This document shows positions 17,280 to 42,400 of a stretch of 64,000 nt of DNA, piece by piece; the first letter of the stretch is position 1, and every line of letters starts with the position of its first letter. Below the pieces are notes generated by a model that was given only the letters and a program-made list of their open reading frames with translations, made no database searches and was not told the origin of the DNA. Made by a program: the position numbers and the translations under genes. The DNA is from Lingula anatina (lineage: Eukaryota; Animalia; Brachiopoda): NCBI GenBank assembly GCA_051362555.1, contig CM120641.1, positions 49,110,401 to 49,174,400 on the forward strand, written 5' to 3'.

Positions 17280-18631
17280 AAGCTCAACTGGCGTTCTACG
17301 TCATCGAGGTTGTTTACAAACCTTTAATGTAGAAAACGAAAAAACTTTCTCCTTATGTTACCGATAATACAACCCATGGAGATAATAACAATAAAGATTT
17401 AATTAGCCACTGCACATATGAAATTATTTGAAAGACGAAATGATAAAAACCCCATTCAACACTTCATAAAAATTTTGTGCCACATTAATTTCAAGTTAAT
17501 GATTATTGGATGTGTAAAAATTTGTATATCTTCTATTAGAAAACACCTAATTAACGCCACGTGCTAAGGTACAAGTATCAAATTCAATCGATCATCTGAC
17601 AAAATGGCAGCAGAATAATTTTGTCAGTAAATAATGTATACATTAGTAATGTGTCGCATCTCTGGGGTTTTAGTGACTCAGATAAAACGGTTGCGAAATG
17701 CGTATTATAACACGGTAATGTTATACAATTTATCCGTCTTTATAGTAAAATCACAAGCCAAAGAGAAGCCAAAATTTAAAACAAAACTCTCTTTAAAGTA
17801 ATAAATTAAGATATGAATGTACACCCCTTTTGAGATGACAGAAAAGGGAGACTCGGTGACGATTCTAAAATTGTAGAGGTACTTTGGCCTCATTATTTTC
17901 ATTTGGCTCTTTTGATCTCTTCCACCAAAAATATAAAACAGGCATCACACCTGAGATAATTTCGTTAAAACCAGTCCCAGGTCCGAGCGTTATGGAACTT
18001 TCCAACCCGGAGAATATATACACATTCAGGTCAATTGTAACAAATATTGGAGTCCCTGTATTTACTTTTATTGATGTTCCTTTTATGTTGCACAGATACA
18101 TATCCGCTTACTAATAGATTTAATGCACGCAATCAGTACGATTCCCTATAAAAACTGGGCCTCTAAAGTAAAGCGAGAGAGAGATCGCCACGACTGTCCC
18201 TGCCTGCGTGCCAGACTGTAGCCCGTATGTGAGGAATAAAGAGTACTTGAAACACAATATTATCTGCTGTGTTTATTCAAGTCGCCGTTCTCTTCAAAGG
18301 AGGGGGGGCGCGGATGTCGCGAGTGGAGGATTGATGATTAAATATCGTCATCGGCATTTGGATACGGTTTGTGGGAAACATCATTATTTTTCTATTACTA
18401 TATTTTCGATAAAGGAACAGAAAAGCAATATTAATATTTAAGAATTGTGTTTATTATAAAGTATTGATTTAACTTTCCCATGTTAATTTCAAATATACAC
18501 ATATATAAAAACTCAACATGGTTTGTTCACTCTTATTAGCCTTCAAAGGTATTTTTATGATGGGAAACAAATGAAATAGAGCAATGTTCAGAACATCAAG
18601 TCTATGTCCATGTAATGTCCATGTCTATTGC

Positions 18632-20887
18632 TTATTGTTCAAACTGAGCCTTATTCTTGAGGAGATAAGCTGCTAGGTATTCTATTGGGTTTGGAGGCCT
18701 GAAAGAAGAAATGAAACCATGTGTTTATAAAATATGTGTGGGCTATGACAATACTTCACTTCTCAATACTTATAATAGACAACTTCAAACTGTAGGATAT
18801 TAAACACACGTTGAGGACATAAACCACTTTATGTTAAACTTATCTAAGTACAAGTTATAACTGTTTGATCATATTTGAACAGATCAATATCATGAATCAC
18901 TGTCACACAGAATACTAAAATTTACCGCCTCTTGACAAACCTCACAGCCTGTCAATTATCTTGACACAGTTTTAATTCATGAGGAATCCGATAGCAGAAT
19001 TTGAATAAAACCATCACTTAAACATGGATTATGGACTTTTTCATTTTCCCAAATTGTAACATAGTTATTGTGAGTGTCAGGAAAGAAGGAAGTTGTATAG
19101 ACATTACCTTTCTTTTCCTAAGACAGACATGCCCTGTATTAAGATAGGGACTACAGTCTGGTTTAGGTGTGTGTAGAAGATGTCTTACCTTTCTTTTCCT
19201 AAGACAGACATGCCCTGTATTAAGATAGGGACTACAGTCTGGTTTAGGTATGTGTAGAAGATGTCTTACCTTTCTTTTCCTAAGACAGACATGCCCTGTA
19301 TTAAGATAGGGACTACAGTCTGGTTTAGGTATGTGTAGAAGATGTCTTACCTTTCTTTTCCTAAGACAGACATGCCCTGTATTAAGATAGGGACTACAGT
19401 CTGGTTTAGGTATGTGTAGAAGATGTCTTACCTTTCTTTTCCTAAGACAGACATGCCCTGTATTAAGATAGGGACTACAGTCTGGTTTAGGTATGTGTAG
19501 TAGATGTCTTACCTTTCTTTTCCTAAGACAGACATGCCCTGTAGTAAGATAGGGACTACAGTCTGATCTAGATAAGCTCTGGTAGGGAGAGACTGGAGAT
19601 CTACTTTACTCCTCTTGGCTGGGGCTTCCATACTCTCTTTTTCACTTTGGATTATTTTCTGGACAAGGAAAAACAAATTAAATATTATAAGTAACTTTGG
19701 TGACTACCAATCATGCACAATTTACCTGGATAGATAACTTTTACTAATATTCAGATACTTAATTCTGCACATCTTTCTTTCTACTTAAAATAAAGGGATT
19801 TTCAATCAACTTATATACAAACCTCACAGCAATACAAAATGTAGCACGAAAATTCATGCGTTTGCACTCCTATTGATGACTCTGATATGTATTGGCTGTG
19901 CTAACACAGCCAATGCATATCAGATTTGTCTATAGGAGTGCTAACGCATGAATTTTCGTGCTATACAAAATGAAGTAAATCTTGTGCGGCACTAAAGGAA
20001 AAAAATATTCTGCCACTATTTTATGGGACAATGAACAACAACTTATTCATTTATCACAGAAGAATTATTTGTGAACATACTCTAATATTTGCACTAATTA
20101 AATTTCTATGACACTTGTAAGGGAGAAATTACCAGTATAAAAGACCTTCAATCTCAATCATTTTATACCATCTCATTTTATAAATAGAGAAAGAACTACA
20201 GAATCATAATTATTTTGGGTGATTGTGGCACTTACAATTAAATGTAAATGCAAATCTTGGCATAAAGGTTTCAGTGAAGAACCATTACCTGGATATTTTC
20301 TGCCAGCCCATGGTCAGCTTGCTGTGTTTCTGTGGTCAACTCAGGCTCAACAGAGGGAGCTTGTTGTGGATCTACGGTTAGAAATTAACACATGGTCATT
20401 TTTTCAAACACCAAATGTAATCTGTTTTAGTTCGCGTTCTGCCTTTACCATTAGGTTCCTTAATGTAAACGGGTTGAATTAACTTGAGCCAGAGATGTCT
20501 TTCATTCCCAAGTCAAATACATGGACATTTGACACGAAACTTCCAGCTGGGAGGAGCTTCGTGTACACAATTCTACTTCACTCGTAGAGTCGGAATACAC
20601 AGTGCAACGATCCTGAACTAGAGTCGTACACTCTGGTTCACAGGTTCAGCATAACATCCGTAAGAAATGTCGACACAAACCACATGAAATTTCGATTTCT
20701 ACTCCAGAGACAAAGCAGCATGTGTAAAGCTACTTAGAGTTAACAACACAATTGTTCAGCAAACATGACCTTTTAAACAGGTGTAGTAATTTGAAATCAA
20801 AAGTATATCAGATATCTAAGCTTAATTACTCAAATTTTACAAAGTAGTTCAGATATGAATGAAAAGAAAATACAAACCGTCCGCCAT
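18632..20887 (-). CDS. DPY30: Protein dpy-30 homolog (COMPASS/WRAD subunit), 4 exons, 101 aa
   Basis: Exons 20887-20878, 20371-20289, 19658-19513, 18698-18632 join in frame and give [53 protein letters not shown], the Dpy-30 motif. Confidence 0.95.
19104..19570 (-). repeat. 81-bp x6 array spanning the DPY30 exon 3 donor
   Basis: ttac|ctttcttttcctaagacagacatgccctg.. with donors at 19511 (real), 19430, 19349, 19268, 19187, 19106. Confidence 0.97.
19842..19963. mobile_element. 122-bp fully palindromic MITE with 9-bp target-site duplication (Mutator-like TSD length)
   Basis: tagcacgaaaattcatgcg..attggctgtg-ctaa-cacagccaat..cgcatgaattttcgtgcta, flanked by tacaaaatg at 19833-19841 and 19964-19972. 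Confidence 0.88.
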
Positions 20888-21774
20888 AGTGAAATCTTGT
20901 TGTTGGTGATGAACGGGTCTCGTGAATTCTCGTGTATCAGGGTACTCTTCTCCAAAGCACAGCCTCGTTTCCATTTAATAACTAGACAACAGCCCTCAAT
21001 CTTTGGCACATAAATAATAACGATGTATAATTACTGGGAATCACTTGTCACTATAAACAGAAACTATGCAATGCACCCTTTGTTCTTATGTAATATTTTT
21101 GTTAATCTTTCTTATAAAAATGCACAAAAAAACTCAACAATAATAATATATAATTGTCAGGTTTCAAATTAAATCCAATGTTAGTTTGTACCAAACGAGC
21201 CACATCCGTTCATTTAATCAATTCTCATACTTCTTTAAATTTGCCAGATGTTGCTTGAACTGTGTTATGGTTAAGGCATCAATTCAAATATTTTTTTAAT
21301 TCACTGGAAGAATAACGAGTCAACATTTTGATTTTTTGGTTATTCAACTGTTTATTTTGACACGTTTGTCTGTACATGTGTTTAACAATAATTATCAGTA
21401 ACTACACATACACATAGCAACAGCATTTTGACAATCAACAATAGTACTTAAGTTGGATCTTCACTTGTACTACGACACATTATACACACTGCATGTATTC
21501 CACTAGTAATATTTTTTAAGATCTCATATTACACTCTGTATCCCACTGGTAAAATTCAATTTCTTAATTACCAGAAAACTAGCTCTTCTGAATATGACCA
21601 TTATTGCCATTCTGTCTTCTGTAATATTTCAGAAAAAAAGATATTCTACAGTCATTTTTTTAATGACGTAATTAAAGCCACATTACTTTCATCATCTAGG
21701 AAACATTTCAAATGTATTGCCATCTACTCTTAGTGGTTTCCTTTTGAATTCATAGTAAGGTCGATGGCCACTTA

Positions 21775-21777
<3 letters not shown>

Positions 21778-21822
<45 letters not shown>
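21778..21822. repeat. A45 homopolymer (U-tract in presumed symplekin 3' UTR)
   Basis: 45 consecutive A, about 120 nt past the symplekin stop. Confidence 0.9.
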
Positions 21823-21823
<1 letters not shown>

Positions 21824-21938
21824 CAGCTTTCTGAGAAACTCGATCTTTTTTCAACTCTGCTATATTTAATGAACAGAAATTTCTTTTTAATCAGCTTTTC
21901 AGATTTAGTTGACGTGTAAACAACAACTTCATCAATGC

Positions 21939-36046
<14,108 letters not shown>

Positions 36047-36463
36047 ATTTTATTACAACAACAAAAGCTGCAGCGTGGGCAGCCGGCAAGTATGACTTCT
36101 TTCACAAATGGCCGCTGTTTACCTGATTAGTTCCGATAAACGGGGGTTTTGAAGAAATTCTTTTAATATGATTTTAATGAGAGAACAGTATTCTATATAT
36201 GCTTTTTATGCAAAAGAGACATAAAGCTACGACTATATATTCCTAAAGCAAGTTTTTAAATATTTTTGTTACTCATAATCTGATTACCGGTTCGGAATTA
36301 GTCGCAGTTTGCTGTTAGTCATGTGACGATGCATCAACAACTTTTACCACCTTGCACGTGAGAAAGAAATATATAAGATCGTGGTCATGTGATAATATAT
36401 CAGAAAGTAGAGGGTTAGAGCTCGTGAATACGCCTCTCTTCTGCCATCGGTTTCAAAGCTACC
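36047..36463. promoter_or_regulatory. Putative bidirectional promoter SYMPK / S28 peptidase with E-box (CLEAR/M-box-like) motifs
   Basis: 417 bp between divergent ATGs; GTCATGTGAC 36318, CACGTGA 36355, GTCATGTGA 36384; YY1-like aaatggccgc near 36106; CpG retained. Confidence 0.6.
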
Positions 36464-39400
36464 ATGTATCTTAAGTTTATCTTGCTGGTTATTTTCCTGG
36501 TCGTCGTAGACGAGGCACTGTCCCTTGGTAAGTGTTCTAAAAGGCACAATCACTACCCGTCAATGTTAACATGTTCATTGTTCGCAGTCTTTATGTTTAG
36601 TTGTGAAACTGTGCAAGCAATAAGCCGTTGGCAGGGAATTTTTTCAAATTGATGAAGCGTTTTGAATCTTTAGCGTTTGAAAAAAGATTCTAAACAATTA
36701 GTATGCATATGAATCATTATGTAATCTCTAATAATTTGAACATATAAAAGCTGAATAAGATACTGATCAGGGGAAAACTGATCAAGCTCCATTTCATGGA
36801 GCATATTGCACCAGTTAATTGTGATCCTTTCGGTTCAGAAGGAAATATTGAGTATTTAGACATAAATAAAGGCGTAACGGGGATAATACTATTAACTGTG
36901 AAAAATGCCAGAAAAAAATTAAGCAAGGACATATAAACAAATCTCATTAAACTGCCAGGGTACTTGGTTGTTTAAGGTACCAAAAGATCGCCCCCTGTGC
37001 CTTTAATTTTTCATATTTTTTTTAGATGAATGCATGTGTAATGGAAATGAATGAATTGTTTTGAATATAGTATACTTTCATCAGACACTCTTTAATCACA
37101 CTCATAACATGATATTAATATGAGTAGAGGCAAATATACAGAGAGATAATATTGAGAGTTGTACTAGTAGGCTAAGTGTTGTATTATTTAACTATAGTAT
37201 TATGTTGTACTAAATATGGTGTCAGTTGTGTACATGTTTTTTGGTTTTGTAGGTATAAATCATTGGAAATTTAGAGAAAAATTACAGGAATACAGAAGAC
37301 AAAGATTACATTTAGAAGTCCACCGTAAACTTGGTGGGAAATTCCCTGATGCTGTTTCTGATATTTTCCCTGCTGAGTACTTGACACAGCCATTGGATCA
37401 CTTTGATTCTGAAAACAGGGTAAAGTGCTCCAAATTACTATAATATTAAATTTTTATGTAAAATTTCTTGAATCCCTTTAATCTCATTAAGAAGATTGCT
37501 TTAGACTATATCTGCTGTATGATTGTCATAGAAAATGTGATTTTTAAGATATATTTGCACTAAAAATATATACAGTGTATATAGTCTTTAGTTTGCCATT
37601 GTGGCATTGCCACAAATCAGTTTTTCATTACACCAAATAAAGTAGTTAATTTCTTAAGACTAAGTTCTATGATATGTAGGCAACTTACAAGCAGAGGTAT
37701 TGGGTGAACTCAGGGAACTGGATAAAGAAGCAAGATGGCCCTGTATTCTTGTTCATTGGTGGAGAAAGTGGCCTCTCTGAATTTGATGTTATTATGGGTA
37801 GGTTTAATACCATATTTTGGTGAATATTATATGTTTGTAAACTGTTGGTTTTGGTTAAAGGGCTTTGTATTTTTTAAGTCAACAAATCTGAAATATTTTC
37901 AAAAGAAAAAAAAAAAAAAAAAAGAACCAATTCATGGTATTATTCTTTGTCACAGAGTTTGACACATTATTGTTAAATAGTGTTGTATTTATATACATTT
38001 TTTAAAATGTATAATTTAACTCAAAATTGATATTAGTCATGCATGGTACATGTACGTTCTTACACTACACATGAGACAGAAGGGATGATAAATGTGAAAA
38101 GTGTTTAGTGGAATTATTAGATAGGTAGGAATGAAATCGGAATGTATTTTTTTTACCAGTCTTTTAATTAAAAGTGGTATTAATTCTCTTTTGTTTTCTT
38201 GCATGTCAACAACATTTTAGGAGAACATGTGCAGCTTGCTGAGAAGTACAGTGCTTTAATTTTTGCTGTTGAACATCGGTTTTATGGTGACAGTCTCAAT
38301 GATGATGGACTGGAGTTGAAGAATCTCAAGTTTCTTTCCAGTCAGCAAGCGTGAGTGACACTGAATTATAGTTTTTACTTTCATGTAAATAAGTCAAGCT
38401 TATAACAAGTGGATTTTAGAAATGCGGATACCGTAATGCACTCATAATGAATTTTACATGAATTATCAGTTTGTTGATCCATTTTCAAATAAACGTCTTG
38501 TCACCAGGAGTGATGCATTCTTAGAAAGAAATGAAATGAAAAGATCAAAAAAAAAAAAAAAAAAAGGAAAAAACAGCCATAAATGAGTGTTGTATAATAG
38601 ATAAATTTTGATATTCTTTTTTTTTTAGACTTGCTGATCTTGCATCATTTTATGAACATGCTGTCAATAAGTACAATTTAACGGAGAGAAATACATGGAT
38701 CTGTTTTGGTGGGTCTTACCCTGGGGCACTGTCAGCTTGGTTTAGACTAAAGGTTTGTTTATAATTACTATATGAACACACCAATGTGTGTATTATAACG
38801 TGAAATTCAATACAAACCAATATCTTTAATTAATATTTTTAAATGTTTATTTGTTATGGCCAAGCTTTAAGTTTTTTTTGCAATGTCCTATGTCTTGTTC
38901 CAGTACCCCCATATTGTGCATTGAGTATTATTTCAGTACCCCCATATTGTGTATTGTATGTGTTCAGCAGATGTCCTATGTCTTCTTCCAGTACCCACAC
39001 ATTGTGTATGGTGCCATAGCCTCTTCAGCCCCAGTAAGAGCTCAAGCTAACTTTGAAGGTTACAATGATGTGGTGGCCAGCAGTCTAGCTGATCCTGTGG
39101 TGAAGGGTTCGCAGGAGGTAATATTTACATACTGCTGTATGCCAGCTTGATGTTGATATTGAACTGTCTTTATATTGACTTTGTCTAGGTAGAATTTTAG
39201 AATAAATTATCCATTAATAAATTAACAGTTCATTGTAATTTTTAAAAATTGGGTCTCAGAACAGTGCTGGTAGCACTACTTTTGTAAAAGGAATGAGTTT
39301 ATCTGGTTTTATTGATCTTAAGGTAATAAAACCCTTTATCTTTTGGTCCTTTTGAAACAGAATTTTGGTAATCTGAAAATGTAACATTACAGTGTGCGTC

Positions 39401-42400
39401 AGCAGTGAGGAAAGCATTCAGTCAAGTTGATGACATGCTCAAAAGAGGGCAGCACAGACACCTTGCTGAAGACTTCCAGTCCTGTGGAGACATCTCCTCT
39501 CACTATGACACTGTCACATTTGTGAGCAACCTTGCTGACCACTTCATGAGTGTGGTACAGTACAATGGAGAGATGCCCAATGTAAATATCAGCAGACTGT
39601 GCCAGATGATGACAGGATCCAGTGACCCCTATTATAATCTGATGACTATCAACAAGGTAGGCTGACTATGGTTGTATTCCCAGAGCTTTTAGATCGATCT
39701 ATCCCCGCGGGGAGTCTCACTAGATTACTGTCAGATAAGACGGCTTAAATGTCCGTCCCGCCTACTACAAGCTGTAAGGGGGTAATTAACTTGTGTGTCC
39801 GCTCGGCTGACAGCTATTTAGCGTGAACCCCCAGGGAGTTAGTTCGATCTAAAGTAGATCGATCTAATCTCTGGAAATGGGGTCTATGATCACTCCAATA
39901 CAGTGGTATGTCCAGTAAAGAGCTTTATCCACCAGTGGACTAAGTAGGAAGTGGGAAGTGAGAACCATTTTGTTTCAACAACTTATGAATTTAGAGTTAT
40001 TGGGTTTTTGATATCTCCTATTTTCACCTCATCATATTTCACTGAGGATTACATTTACATATTTGTTTATCAAGATGTAGTTATTAAAATAAGATCTGTC
40101 ACTTTGTTCTTGGCTATGTCTGAGTTGCAGTCCAGTTTATCAGTGGCCAGCATAACTGTGAAAAGTGAAGTAGAAAAGTAGAAGAGCTTTAAACAGATAT
40201 ATAACTCTGTTTCTGCTTGATTTATTTATAAAATGATGGCATTGTTTTTCAGATGATGTTGAATGCCACAGAGGAGAAGTGTGTGGACAACTCGTGGGCT
40301 AATTACACCAAGAAGCTGAGCAATGTGACAGTGACCAGGGGAGACACAGGGATGATGAGACAGTGGATGTTCCAGACATGTACACAGTTTGGATACTGTA
40401 GGTGTAGATTATTGTACACAGTTTGGATACTGTCAGTGTAGATTATTGTACACAGTTTGGATACTGTAGGTGTAGATTATTGTACACAGTTTGGATACTG
40501 TAGGTGTAGATTATTGTACACAGTTTGGATACTGTAGGTGTAGATTATTGTACACAGTTTGGATACTGTAGGTGTAGATTATTGTACACAGTTTGGATAC
40601 TGTCAGTGTAGATTATTGTACACAGTTTGGATACTGTAGGTGTAGATTATTGTACACAGTTTGGATACTGTAGTTGTAGATTATTGTACACAGTTTGGAT
40701 ACTGTAGGTTGTAGTGATCCGTTAATTAGAACTGAGTCTTCTAAATTTGCATACATCAGATATGTATATATTTGTACGTTTTAATTATTCAAATATACTT
40801 AGACATGACATGTTGCATGGCAGTTTAAGAGAAGTTCATTTAAAATGCAAATCAAGGTTTAATTTAAATGTATCTACAATTAAGTTAATGTACATAGGCA
40901 TGGCATGTTTCATGACAGTTATGAAAGCTAATTTGAAATGCAAATTAAGATAGAGTATAAAGGCAGTGACTGAACCGCAGAGACGGGGAGACTTACAGAC
41001 TGAGAGAGTTAGAGATAGTTATAGATACGGTAGAAGAAACCTGAGTCTTCAGGCGCTTGAATAAACCATGTAACAGAAAACTATTCCTGCCTGTGTCAGT
41101 TGTCTTATTGGTGAAAATGTAACTCTTAGAACAAGTGTATAACCACCGACCGGTTATTACAAATGGCGAGCTCCCAGGTTTCACCTTAAGCAGCTGAGAC
41201 AGAAAGGCAGTTTATAGTCAAGATGCTGTATGAAGACGAGGACCAGTATGAAGACCCAGACATCTACAGCAGGCTGTTAGATTGTCTGGGTGGAATCAGT
41301 AGTGTTCTGAAGACGCAGGAAACAAGTAAAAGAGATGCACTTTTACTATCAAATTCCCTAAGAAATCTGTGGGAAGTAATGAAAGAAGAAACAACAGAGT
41401 ATGACAACGAAAACGAACTATCTTTTGAAGCAATAATAAGCAGCATTCGGCTGGAAGTGGGGCAGAGAACCACAGTGGGTGAGGACAGCTGCGATGAAGA
41501 GACAGCAATAGGGAAAGAAGTTAGAGAGGGGATCCAGAGCAATGAGGTTGTGATCAGCGGCGTTGCTGATAAATCTGCAAAAGAAGAATTCCCTGGTGCC
41601 GAGATGTTGCAGCTCCCCGATGGAGGCAACAATAATGTGGTCAGTGATGTTGCTGACAATGCAAAATCTCCCGAATTTGAGATTTTGAAACCCCTTATGA
41701 CCAGTGGCGATTCTGATGTATTAAAGTCCCCAGATGCAGAAATCTTGCAGTTCCCTGATGAAGAGAGGTCGTCCCCCTGTGATGCTGAACTGTTGAAGTC
41801 CGCTGATGATGAGATGTTGAAGTTCCCCTGTGATAAGATGATGAAAACCCCTGATGTTGAAATGCTGCGTGTTGAAAAAATGGCCACAAATAAGACCAAA
41901 CTGGTTGAAAATGTGTGTTACCATGAGGACAACGAAGAAAATGACAAACAAGTGAAAGAAAAGACTGAACAAAATAGATACTATGAGAACAATGACGGAA
42001 ATGACAGAAATGATGAACAAGTAATGGAAAAGGAAAAACTGCATGTTGGAGAAATGGACAATGATAAGGCCAAACTGATTGAAAATGCGTGTTACCAGGA
42101 GGACAATGAAGAAAATGACGAACAAGTGAAGGAAGAGAATGATCTGCGTACTGAGGAAAGGGACAATGATATGGTGAATTTGAATATACTTGCTTATTAC
42201 AAGGATAAAGACAGAAATGAAAAACAAGGGAAGAAAACAGATGAGTTCCTTGATGCGTTAGAAAGAAATGAAAAACTTTACTTGAACTTGAAAGGTACAG
42301 AGAAATGGAGGTACCCACCTCATTGCAAACTAAGGCATTTTTTTTAATGAGATAAGTTGTCCATGAGTAATTTTTTATAATTATTTTTTCTTGTATTCAA

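Noticed and set aside
17865-18441. Short ORFs between regucalcin and DPY30
   Set aside because: No recognisable domain or coherent splice structure; possibly TE relic or UTR.
21778-21822. A45 as a retroposon tail
   Set aside because: No convincing TSD or recognisable SINE/LINE body seen upstream.
41264-42318. Long minus-strand ORFs overlapping the 374-aa ORF
   Set aside because: Ser/Phe/Ile-rich shadows of a purine-rich coding strand.
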